DNA of 63,221 nucleotides, the filler included, from Reticulomyxa filosa (taxonomy: Eukaryota; Protista; Foraminifera): the NCBI GenBank assembly GCA_000512085.1. It is 20 parts of 20 records of this genome, joined end to end, with 100 filler letters (N's around TTAATTAATTAA, not from the genome) between each part and the next. Parts side by side here need not be neighbours in the genome. Positions count along the whole stretch, not along the records: positions 40,879 to 42,271 come from ASPP01050514.1; positions 42,372 to 51,338 come from ASPP01007366.1; positions 51,439 to 57,034 come from ASPP01026115.1; 17 more parts are not named here. One strand, given 5' to 3'. Made by a program: the position numbers and the translations under genes. This document shows, piece by piece, positions 42,001 to 52,918 of this stretch. The notes beneath the pieces were generated by a model. The model was not told the DNA's origin. It did no database searches and saw only the letters and a list, made by a program, of their open reading frames with translations. Each line of letters begins with the position of its first letter. Positions within the stretch are counted from its first letter, which is position 1.

Positions 42001-42371
42001 CGAATAAAGGAAATGAAAATCGAGATCTTGGATTCAAGCACATAGAAACACACCAAAGTGATCATACAAAGACGACAGTGACAAATCAGCTCCAAGTATC
42101 AGAGCATTCTAAACCTGTATCATCTGAAGAGATCTCGAGAAATGGGAAAGAAATCAAAGTGAAGACAATTCGAAGAAAATCGAAGCATAAGTTAAAAAAT
42201 TCATCACCACCCCCCTGGAACCACTGTCTGAAAACGATGAACTCGTGCCAGAACTGGAAAAACTGGAAAATNNNNNNNNNNNNNNNNNNNNNNNNNNNNN
42301 NNNNNNNNNNNNNNNTTAATTAATTAANNNNNNNNNNNNNNNNNNNNNNNNNNNNNNNNNNNNNNNNNNNN

Positions 42372-42410
<39 letters not shown>

Positions 42411-43065
42411 GCTGCCATTGCGTTGCAAAGACTTATTCCACACATTATTTTTTTTAATGTGTTGTTTCTAATTCCAACATGGGATTGATTACCACCGTCT
42501 TGTCGTGTCTGCAAAGTCCTTTTGTCATCTCGCTTGAGAACGGTCGCGGATCCCTGTCCCACTTGCCAACGGGGCTTTCGAATTCGCGACGAGGCCGACG
42601 CGTCAAAGTCGCTGTCGCTGCTCCGATCGCTGTCAATCGACCGACACGAGTGACTCAAGAGTCGACATGACTGCAACGTAAAAGGCTGAAGTCGCGATGG
42701 CGACGGCGACGGCGACGTGAGCACGTGATTGGAATTGGAAACGAAGGAACGACGTAGACCACTCTGATCACTGCTACAATGGCTGCAACTATTACTATTA
42801 CTATTACTGTCACTTGTCACTTGACGACAGAGTGAGGTCAGCCCAGGCCCTGCAATCATTTGCGAGTTCATCAAACTCGACAACGATTGTAATGACCACC
42901 GATAGCGAGGGGACGTGGCCATCGTTTGGTCCATATATTCGTCCAGCATACTTTCCACTTGGGACTGGTCTTTTATCGAGTGTAAAAACGCTTTGTTCAT
43001 GTGTGAGTGCTGAGTCAGCAATTTCTGTCGTCGATCTAAACTTAGGTACGACTTTCCAGAAAGGG

Positions 43066-43098
<33 letters not shown>

Positions 43099-43888
43099 AA
43101 TTAGTCACACTGCTTCCTCATTTGTACGTATACGTCAAGTCAACTTCAAAACAAAAGACCGTAATTTAAACAAAAGTAGATTTATATGTAATATATAAAC
43201 CGATTCGTCATTGTTCGGGAAAGCGTAATGGATGGAATGCCAGAAGTGGATTTTGTAGCAACGTGTTCCATTGATTTGGCACGTACCAATGGATTCGCCG
43301 GAGTAGCCAATGTGGCTTTGGAGTGGTCTTCTTTTATCCGTTTGTTGAATTGAATATTGATCTTGTTTGGTTTCGACTGGACTTGAGATCGCGAATACGA
43401 GTGCGGAGGTGCGATTGCGATTTCGATATGATCACTGTCATTGGTATGTGACAACGCAGACGAGGGCGAATACGTCGGCGTTTGAACCGCTTCGCTTGTC
43501 GATTGCGTCAAAAGCACAGTCAGTTTTTTTTTTTGGAATTGCCCACAGACGAGTTCACATTTTCACTCCATTTCTTTTCAGTGCGATTCTCCGATAACGT
43601 GCTCCGAGTCTGCGAACTGGGCGTCGATACCACGATGGTCGTGCCATTGGCAGGCTCGCGTTTGTCCGTCGCACGTGCGGCCTGTATCGGCACTGTGATG
43701 GTATTCTCTGCTTTCATCGAAGGAGACCATACGGCCTCTGCGTGGTCATCGTCCATCGCCGGGGTAATCGCAGTCCATCGCTTCAAGAATGGGTGGGTCA
43801 AACAATCGCCAATGTGATTGCGACTATTCACATCTCGGTTCAGACATTTTCGAATGAAGTCTTTGCATTCCGAGGATAGTTGCAATGA

Positions 43889-43923
<35 letters not shown>

Positions 43924-45461
43924 TTTTTTTTTTAAAAAAAAAAAAAACAAACAAAAAAAAAAAGTCTTTGATAACTACGCACGTGTAACAAGATCAAATT
44001 CATACAACACAAATGCAGTCGAAACGCTGCTTGAGAGAAGGTGACAACGTCTGCTGGCTAATGGAATCGTTGCCAGTCGGGGTCGGGGTGCACGGCATGT
44101 CGTCTGGAAAAGCGACTTCCTCGGAGAGTATCTTTTTAAATATCTCGCGTGGAGTATTGCCTGCAAATGGAAATAGACCCCCTGTGACCATTTGATACGT
44201 GATCACACCGAGGGCCCTTTACGATACATTGAGATTGCGTATATGAATATAATATATATGCATATATGTATATGTTTATGTATATAAATGTACATTTGTA
44301 TGTGTATGTACATAAAAAAAAAAAAGATGATTAAAAATCTGTATGGTATAATAGGATAATGATAGCATGTAAACAAAACCAGATATCAGTTGCAAATAGT
44401 TCGACTGCGTGTCTCGGTCGAATGCATTCAGGTGCCAAATATGGTACCGACCCGACAAAATCACGTATAATGCTGTTGCTTGCGACCCTTGCAATTGGGT
44501 GGACTGATTGGTTCATCACGGGACACTTTTCATCATTGCCTTCGTTGTTATTGTTATTATTATTGTTATTGTTATTATTATTGTTATTGCTATTGTTGCT
44601 ATTACTATTGTTTCCTATGAATATGCAATCTGCAAAGTCAATCAACACCAATTCCTTACGTGACGTGTCTCGAAATACAAAATTGGACGCCTTCAAATCT
44701 CGGTGTACTATTCCGTGATTGTGCAACCACTCGAGTATTTGACACATTTGGTATACGTATACTGAACAATGTCTCTCCAGCTGCTGGCTCATGACGATGG
44801 TACAGTCCATACGACGTCCTGCAAACGTGTCTGGAGAATGACACACAGTTCTGAGACGTCCTTCTTCTTCAGTCACGCTTTGTGGTGACAGATTGGTGGT
44901 GTACTTATCGCCATTGTTCGGGACGTCAGTGTGACTGACTGCATAGTAGTGATAAAAAACTGGAATGTAATCTTGCAGTGTGCCCCCAGTCAAATATTCC
45001 AAAACAATGTAATAATTGTCATGGTCTTCATAGGCGTCTATAAACTTTACAATGTTCACATTATCTTCGTATTGCAAATTTTGCAGCTGCAGATAATGAA
45101 TGTACTCTTTTCGAAATAACTCCAGATGGAATTGTGCTGTTTTATGTTTTGATTTATCGTTGTTTGTATTGCCTTCGCCTTCGATGTGCTTCTCTATTCT
45201 TTTTATTGCAACTTCTTCTTTTTCACTTCTTTTATTTCTCCCACGAATCACTTCACAAGAACATCCCCCTCCGATTGTGGATGCCATCTGGAACAGATCA
45301 CTCATGTTTGCCACTGGTAGGAACGCCGCTCTTTGCAAAGCTTCTCCATTCACGAAAACTTGTGGGTCAGCTGACCGTCTTTCGAGTACGCGGTCAAAGC
45401 CCAACGTACTTCGATTCAATTTCAATAGATATGACGGCGTTGTTGTTGTTGAATTGGTCAT
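42372..45461 (-). CDS. CAMK/CDPK-like Ser/Thr protein kinase with long S/T-rich tail (multi-exon, 3' end uncertain)
   Basis: IGGGCSCEV, VAIKRI, IVLEYLTGGTL, HRDLKASN, LIDFA, GSVPYLAPE, TDIW/ALGVITY, CKDFIRKCL, HPFL. Confidence 0.9.
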
Positions 45462-45803
45462 TACTATAATCTCGTTTTAATTCAAAATTTTACGTTTTTT
45501 GCTGGTTATCTAGTTTTTAATCTTCTCTAGTGTTCAAAAAAAGCAGAAAAAAGGTTCAAATAATACCACTCCTGAAAATGTGTGATTTAAAAAATGCTAT
45601 GAGTTTGAACGTGCTAAAATGTGCCATCAACAACATAAAGCGTTGTAAGGCAATGTGCCAAAACCTAGATTTTACTGTAAGGAAATATGAAAAGCATTTG
45701 TTTTGTTCACTCACTCTCTGTTTACACAGAAGAGGAAAAAAAAGGGACCTGATATTTGTGATTGTGGTGAGAGATATAACAAAAAGAAAAAGCCAAATCC
45801 AAA

Positions 45804-47144
45804 ATGTCAAAAAAGACGAAATATTCGTTTCCAATACTAAAGATTAACGACATTGTGAAATGCATGCGAGAGCTCGGGATAGAAGTAACGCAAGCGGACC
45901 TGAAAGCACCAACCGAGGAAAAAATGCGATTTATATATAGCGAGGTGTTACGTAACTTGATGGCGATGAACATAAACAATGCGGACAACGCGGTATTTTT
46001 GAAGCAAACGGTGTCATTGGAATACCCACAGTTGCACGAGCACTCATTTGCGACAGTACTTTTGGTGAAAAACCTGATAAAGTTTATGCAGCGCTTTGGA
46101 GTGAAGGACTTTAACATGGGAGACATAATAGTATGTGAGAGCAATCGAACGATAAGGAACCTGAGCGCAATCATCAACTTTGCGAAATTCCGCATGGAGA
46201 AATGGAAGTTCCACGAGTTGTTCCGACAGCGACACACGGATATAATGAAGAACCTTGAAAAAAGAGAGAAAAGAGAACGTGGAATTGGGAAACAAATTTG
46301 CCACTCAGCAAAAATACGTAGAAGACCATAAGCCCGAATGCGAAAGCATCCGAAAGGAGATCAACGGTGTGGAAGCGGAGATATCGTCGTTGACCACGCA
46401 AACGATGTTGGTAAAGAAAGAAACGAAGGAATAAAGAAAGAGCAAAAAGTCGTGGAACAGAAACAGAGAGAAATCGCACTCGAGGGTCAGAAGATGGAAG
46501 AAGAAATTGCACAAGTGGAAAAGCAGATTGTGCGATCTCCGCAAAAAATTCGAGATAATATTGAAAAGAAAAATTTGAGATACCAGCAATTTGAAAAAGA
46601 ATTGCAAGAGTTTTCGAATACGCTCAAAGTGTATGACTATCGCTTAGACGAGTACGGCGAAACGGCCAAGTCATTTGAATCCATTTTCAAATTTGCGTTG
46701 GTCATTGCCCCGCGTGCTGAGGAACTCAACCAACTCCAAGAACTAAGAAACGAAATGAACGAAACACGAGTAGAACGGGAACGTGATCTTGCGCGCCTCA
46801 AAAAAGAAACCACCAGTCTTATGGTGGAAATGAAACGAGTTAATCAAAGACTGTCCGCTGCTAAACAAGAACTTGAAAAGAGGCAAGGCCAGGTTGCTCA
46901 AACACGACGTGAGGCCGAAGGCAAGCTGGAAGTTGTTCGGAATAAACAACAACATAACAAGGACTCCCTTTCCAAGCTGCAGGAGGAACTGAAAACGATC
47001 GAGGATGATATCGACTCAAAAAAGAAACACTTTCTCCAACAACTTGAACAAATTAGCTCAAAAATGGAACATTTGACTCAAAAACATGCCAATTTTTGTC
47101 AAAATGTTGTATGCACGTTGGACGGAAATAAGAGAACTGTCTAA
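45804..47144 (+). CDS. NUF2: Kinetochore protein NUF2 (Ndc80 complex), two apparent frameshifts
   Basis: YSFPILKINDIV, GVKDFNMGDI, RTIRNLSAIINFAKFR and IVRSPQKI with a long coiled coil. Frame changes near 46265 and 46425. Confidence 0.88.
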
Positions 47145-47926
47145 GTGACTTTTGTTTATTGTATTCTTTTGGTTGTTGTTTATTTAATTTTGGGAGTTGT
47201 TTTTTTATTATTATTTTTTTTTTGTAACACATTTATTTAAAATTTGATCATTTTTCCTTCAAAAAGGTAACTGTTGTCAAACAAACGATTCATGATGGTA
47301 AAAAATTTTGCGGAGCATTGAGACATTTTGTTTACGGTCGAAAAAACTTGTGCTTCGTCAATGTCTCATGCTTTCTATCCTTTTTGTGCAAAATAACTAA
47401 TGATATCTTCGATGCACTACTGAAGGGAAAATATGTTCCATGTCGCAATTAAAAACAATTGGAAAGAAAACGAACAGCTTTGTTTTCTTTAATGTTTGAC
47501 ATCCCAATTTTCTCTCATAGCAATAGGACTCTATTCTCAAAAAAAAGCATCTGATAACCACTGGAGATTGAGTACAAAGTGTCTTAACCATGCCCGCTCA
47601 ATTTCAATCCAAAGAATGGGATAATTTCCATGGTTGAAGTCCGCAGAAAAGATATATTCACTAAAACGACTATATTAAAAAATGTCCATTAATTTTATTC
47701 TCGAAAGTTTTCAATTATTGTTGAATTTTGACAATAACAGTTTTGATTTGTGTTGTGTTTTTTTTGAAGAGATTAAATGGCTACGGAAGTAGTATGCGAA
47801 AAAGTAGTGAAGACAAAGCAAAGAAAAGTTAATTTACTCGTCAAAAAATGGCAGCAAAAGAGTGAGACGAATATAAATCACACATTAAACGAAACAAAAT
47901 AAACAAACGTAAATATGAGTTGTCTG

Positions 47927-48610
47927 TTAATAATTGGGAATTAAATAACCAAATGCTCCGGTTCGGTGTTTTTCGGTTCCTTTCTCACCGCTCCATAATT
48001 CAATAACAAGGACATTTCTTTCACCTTTAGTAACAGTGGAAACAGAATGATATTTATGCGAAGGGAAAATGAGTGCACTTCCTTGTTTTACGGAATAAGT
48101 CAAAAATTGTTCATTGGCTTCCCAGGACATAAGTTGGCCACCTTCGAAGTCCTTTGAAGGATCACTGAGCATAAACACAGCAGTGATAATCGAACCACCA
48201 TCAAAATGTGTCTTTTCTAATAAACCACCACCGACACGATAATGGTGATACTCAATCACTCGCACATTCACTTCTTCTTTGTTTTCTAAAAATTCTTTCA
48301 TTAAATTCCAATTCATTTTGTCGGTTGTCTCTATTAGTGTTCTCATTTGTTGTAGCAGCTCTGGGTTCTCTTTTTCAAACAAATCATCTCCATTCAGAAA
48401 GGTTACCTCGTGTTGTCCACCCGTGGCTGGAAATTCCAGCTTTTGAGATTTCTCGTAAATTGCGTTGATTGCTTCCAAATCCTTTGAACTGAGAGCGTTC
48501 TGTTTTTTGTTTTTTTTTGGCATAGTTTATTCATAGACAATATTGAAAAAGGTGCGAAAACACACCTCTATCACCACAGCACACAGCTTTTGAGCATCTT
48601 GAGTATTCAT
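47927..48610 (-). CDS. 2-oxoglutarate/Fe(II)-dependent oxygenase (prolyl-hydroxylase-like)
   Basis: HFD...DFEGGQL...IFPSHKYHSVSTVTKGERNVLV (HxD...H...R). Short first exon from ATG 48610 inferred. Confidence 0.85.
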
Positions 48611-48973
48611 TCCCAAATAATAACAGAACAAGAAAAAATAAAGCAAAAGCAAGTACTAATACGTTTGCTTTCCAATATTTCTGCTTTGAAGATTCTCTTT
48701 CAAAACTGAAGGGCCCAACCGAAACCTAAGAACAACTGGTCACCTGGATTTATTCCAAACAATGTCTTTTGTTTGGGAGTTCTGTTCTTCAATTGAGCGG
48801 TTGGTCTGTAAACTACAGTAGAATGCAACAAAAAACTGGAGTTAGTGACGCTCTACTGCTTTAGACAAAACAGAGCAACTGCAGGAAAAGTTTGAAAGTA
48901 TGGTGACAGTTGAGCAAAAGACCAGCAGGGAGTAAGGTAAGCAGAAAAAACCCTTAAACAAGCATAGGCGAAC

Positions 48974-49721
48974 ATGGAAGAGAGCAAAGTAGATAATTCG
49001 AAATGGAGCGTTTGTATAATTGATAATGGGAGCGATACAATAAAAGCAGGTTTATGTGTGCACGATTTTCCAAGTGTAGTGCTTCCTTCTGTTGTTGGAA
49101 CAGAGAAAACAGAAGAGACCGAGACAACAGAGAAGTTATCCCTCCGTTCGCCGTTATTATTGCATCATTTTTTTTTTTGCGTTCACTAAAAAAAAAAAAA
49201 TCGCACAAAAGTATGCGTCATATATACAGCAAATACACATGCACATGTCTACCATAAATGTACACTTCTGCGCCAAATGTGCAGAAAAAGCTATTACAGT
49301 GACGAGACAAAAGAGAAGATGAGCCAACTATCAGTTCGTGCAGTAGTCGAAAAGGGCGTAGTGCAGAATTGGGACGACATGGAAAGACTCTGGGAATATA
49401 GCTTTATGAAATTGCAACTGGCAAGCAAAGAGCAGAAAGTATTGTTAACCGAAAAGCCATTGAATCCCCGCAAACACCGCGAAAAAGCGACGGAAATAAT
49501 GTTCGAGAAGCTGGGCGTCAAAGGCTTTTATTTGTGCAACCAGCCAAAGCTCTCCTTATTCAGTACCGGGCGAACTACTGGAATGGTCTGCGACATTGGT
49601 CTTGACATCACTCATGCTATGCCTATCTATGAAGGGTATGGTTTGCCTCATGCCATGGCTACAGCCGATTTGGGAGGGAGGCATATCACCGAGTTTTTAA
49701 AAGCTCTGTTAAAACAAAAAA

Positions 49722-49770
<49 letters not shown>

Positions 49771-50305
49771 ATGGTTGGAAGAGTGCTCATTGCATTTGAT
49801 AAATGACGTAAAGGAAACATTAAGTTATGTTGCATTAGATTATGCGGAAGAAATATCTCCGGACATTGTCGAAGTGTATAAAACGTACAAACTTCCCGAT
49901 GGACGATTGCTTTCGTTTGGAACGGAACTTTGTACTTGCTCCGAACTCTTGTTTCGCCCCTCTTTGTTTGGTTTGCGACAGCAGTTGGGAGTGGACAAGT
50001 TGGTATGGCAGTCCATTCAAAAAAGCGACATCGACATTCGAAGAGATTTGTATTGCAACATTGTCTTGAGTGGAGCCACTACTTTGCTTCAAGGGCTCCA
50101 AAAGAGAATCCAAATCGAACTCTCTGCCTTCACTCCTGACTCCATGAAAATCAATATCATTGCCCCTCCGGAACGAAAGTTCTCGCCTTGGATTGGAGGC
50201 GCCATCTTGACTTCACTCTCCTCATTTGACGAGTCGTGGATTTGGCCTTCCGAATATCAAGAATTTGGCTCTTCTATTGTCCATAAAAAGTGCTATGAAG
50301 GATAG
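48974..50305 (+). CDS. Divergent actin / actin-related protein (intron 49135-49284)
   Basis: IIDNGSDTIKAG, NWDDMERLW, LLTEKPLNP, GRTTG, PIYEGY, YKLPDG, DIDIRRDLY, APPERKFSPWIGGAIL, IVHKKC. Confidence 0.93.
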
Positions 50306-50396
50306 AGTCCTACGCTTTCCGTCCCTTGTCTCTTTGCTTGTTTTTTATTTATTTGTTTATTTATTTTTAATTTGCAACGTCGTCGTTTCGTAAAAA

Positions 50397-50943
50397 GCGA
50401 TCCAAGACTTGAAAAAGTCGAAAGAGCCAGCGTATGGAGAATCAGCCGGACTGAGCGGAATAACGGGTCTATCGACCACAGGCTTTTCAACAACGACGGG
50501 TAGGGACATCAACACGTTTGGAACATCAACGAGTTATGGTGGAGAGCCATCGAATGTGACGTCAAGCAGTGGGAACGTTCACGTGATGGTGTCGCCGCAG
50601 GAACACAAGGCGATGAATCGGCTGCACCAAGTGTTGGACAAGACCAACTATTTGTTGCAGCAGCTGAGCCAATCGCCGAGTGCGCTGAAGGGTAGCATGG
50701 TCGATTGCGACGTTGAAATCAACGAAAAGTTTGAGCGCATCGTGGCCATGACGAGTCGGGGTCGGACGAGGACGACAGCACAGATAAGAAGAAGGAAGAG
50801 AAAAGCTCAAAAAAAAAAAAAAGGGGGCTGACAAGGACGACGAAAAAAAAGGAAAGGACAAGGATTTGGAAGACGATCTCATTTTGGAAAATGCTGAAGG
50901 AGATTTCACCGAGGAGGAACTGATGGGCGTCAAATGGACTGAA
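50397..50943 (+). pseudogene. Orphan coding fragment (no start, one frameshift) directly after the actin-like gene
   Basis: Coding-like exon after an intron-like tract, shifting into acidic DESGSDEDD...EEELMGVKWTE. A GT..AG intron then leads into the ribozyme element. Confidence 0.4.
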
Positions 50944-51036
50944 GTTGGTCTGTTAAATAAATATATTGTTATCTTTTTTTTTTTTTAATATGATATGACA
51001 ATACAAAAATTATATGTATATGATGTATGTGTATAG

Positions 51037-51270
51037 TTGTCTAGTCTTTTCGGCATATGCGGTTTCGCCCTACCGTCGGGCTCTTCAGTGCTGTCAGGTC
51101 TAAAACAGCAGACCGCATGTTCGCTAACAAATTAGCGACACACTAGGGCGTGTATCAATTAAGACCCGGCCCCCCTGTATCTTGGTTTTGCCAAGTATAC
51201 AGGCAACAGCTCTTTTATTTAAAGGTGCGCTGTTCACACCTAAATAAATAAAAAAATAAAAATAAAAACT
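51037..51270 (-). mobile_element. Hairpin-rich ribozyme-bearing element (retrozyme / retroelement terminal-repeat-like)
   Basis: GC-elevated island with four extra hairpins and an A/T-rich boundary at 51242-51268, near a contig break. Mobile nature is inferred. Confidence 0.5.
51057..51118 (-). ncRNA. Type III hammerhead ribozyme
   Basis: Minus strand: AUGCGG-UC^-UGCUGU-uuuagaccug-ACAGCA-CUGAAGA-GCCC-gacggua-GGGC-GAAA-CCGCAU. Full core, three perfect stems and a GUC cleavage triplet. Confidence 0.92.
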
Positions 51271-51438
51271 GACATTTGTCTTGGCCTTGGTTTTGAATTC
51301 TCCGTTGTGCTTTCTGTTGGGCTGTTTGTTGGGCTCTCNNNNNNNNNNNNNNNNNNNNNNNNNNNNNNNNNNNNNNNNNNNNTTAATTAATTAANNNNNN
51401 NNNNNNNNNNNNNNNNNNNNNNNNNNNNNNNNNNNNNN

Positions 51439-51477
<39 letters not shown>

Positions 51478-51492
51478 TAATGTAAATCACAG

Positions 51493-52548
51493 TGGAAAAA
51501 GACTCCTTTGATGTATGCGGCGGCAGGTGGATTTGACAAAATTGTCGGTTATTTGTTGGAACGTGGAGCAAAACAAATTGATGCTCAAGATTGCTCTGGA
51601 GTGACTGCTTTAATGTATGCCATTGCTTCGGATCGAAAAAATGAAGACTGCATTCGTTGCATCATGTCTTACAGTCCTGATTACAACTTGCAAAATCAGG
51701 CATTTATTTTTTTGTTGATTGACCTTTTATGTACACATATACCTCATAAAGAAGTGAGCATAATGACGTCTTGTAATCTTTGAAAACAGAACGGTGATTC
51801 GAGTTTAGCCTTTGCTGTAAAGAAGAACTTAGTGAATGTCGCCAAACAAATGATCGAAGCTGGAGCTATTGTTAATCAACAAAATGAAGTTGAGTGAACC
51901 TTTGCACTGAGGGAAATGAAAAGACACAACTTTCTGTTCATCAAATATGTGCAATTGATGCTCTATAGAATGGAATTGCGCCGTTAGTGTGGGCTTGCTA
52001 CCTTGGTCTAAGTGAAATGGTTGACTTATTGTTGCAATTTAAAGCAGATGTAAACTTACAAACTTCAGTTTGGAAAACAGACACATAACAACAAGAACAA
52101 CAAAAGATGTCACCATTGAAATTCTGTTCATGTTTTTCATTTTTGTATAACAACTTATAATAGCATGGATCAACGGCTCTGGCAATTGCATGCGAAAATG
52201 GTCACCTACAACTTTTTCAGCGACTCATGAAAGCTCGTGCAAATATACTCAAATGTGATACCGACGGCGACACTCCGTTGCACTGTGCTTGTTACGGCGG
52301 GCAATTACACATTGTTAAGGAATTGGTGGCAGCTCATAAAGATTTACTTTCGAAAAAGAACAATGTATGTATCAATTTCATCAATATTCTTTTTTTTTTT
52401 TTTTTTTACTAAGAGACGGACCGATTTAATTATTTGTTTATTCGTTTGTTTGTGTTTGCTTTCATAGTCGGGCAAAATACCATTGGATTATGCCAGAGAA
52501 TACCAAAAAACTGACGTTGTTACATATCTCGAGCAATTGCAAATGTAA
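51493..52548 (+). CDS. Ankyrin-repeat protein (5' truncated; 5 exons)
   Basis: TPLMYAA, GVTALMYA, GDSSLAFA, GIAPLVWAC, GSTALAIAC, GDTPLHCAC, GKIPLDYA. Exons 51493-51699, 51790-51888, 51969-52067, 52164-52364 and 52468-52548. Confidence 0.92.
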
Positions 52549-52918
52549 AAAATGAACAGTTGTTTTTTCTTTCTTTGCGCATTTGAAATGTATTGTTTAT
52601 TTTGTTTCATTTTAGACCTTTGTCACAATGTAATCTGTCACAAATTGAATCCTGTGCCCACTGAATTGTTTCTTTCTAACGATAGATTTGACAAAGTTAG
52701 TCTTTTTCAAAAAGATTTAAAAACAGAAACAAATGCAATCTCAAACACTCACCAAAAATATTTTGAAGTACTGTGGTTTTCTTGAAATTAATGTTGTCTA
52801 TCAAGTAAAACCAGCTTGCTTTAAAAAAAAATAAACATTTAAGAAAAAAAAAATGCAATGGGTCAATGCTTGCAACCCAGCAAGTGCTTTCTCTGATGAT
52901 ATGAAGAAAAAAAAAAGT

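Noticed and set aside
42118-42150. CTGAAGAGATCTCGAGAAA, hammerhead-core-like
   Set aside because: GAAA does not directly follow a stem II, and there are no supporting stems I and III. It lies in retroelement coding sequence.
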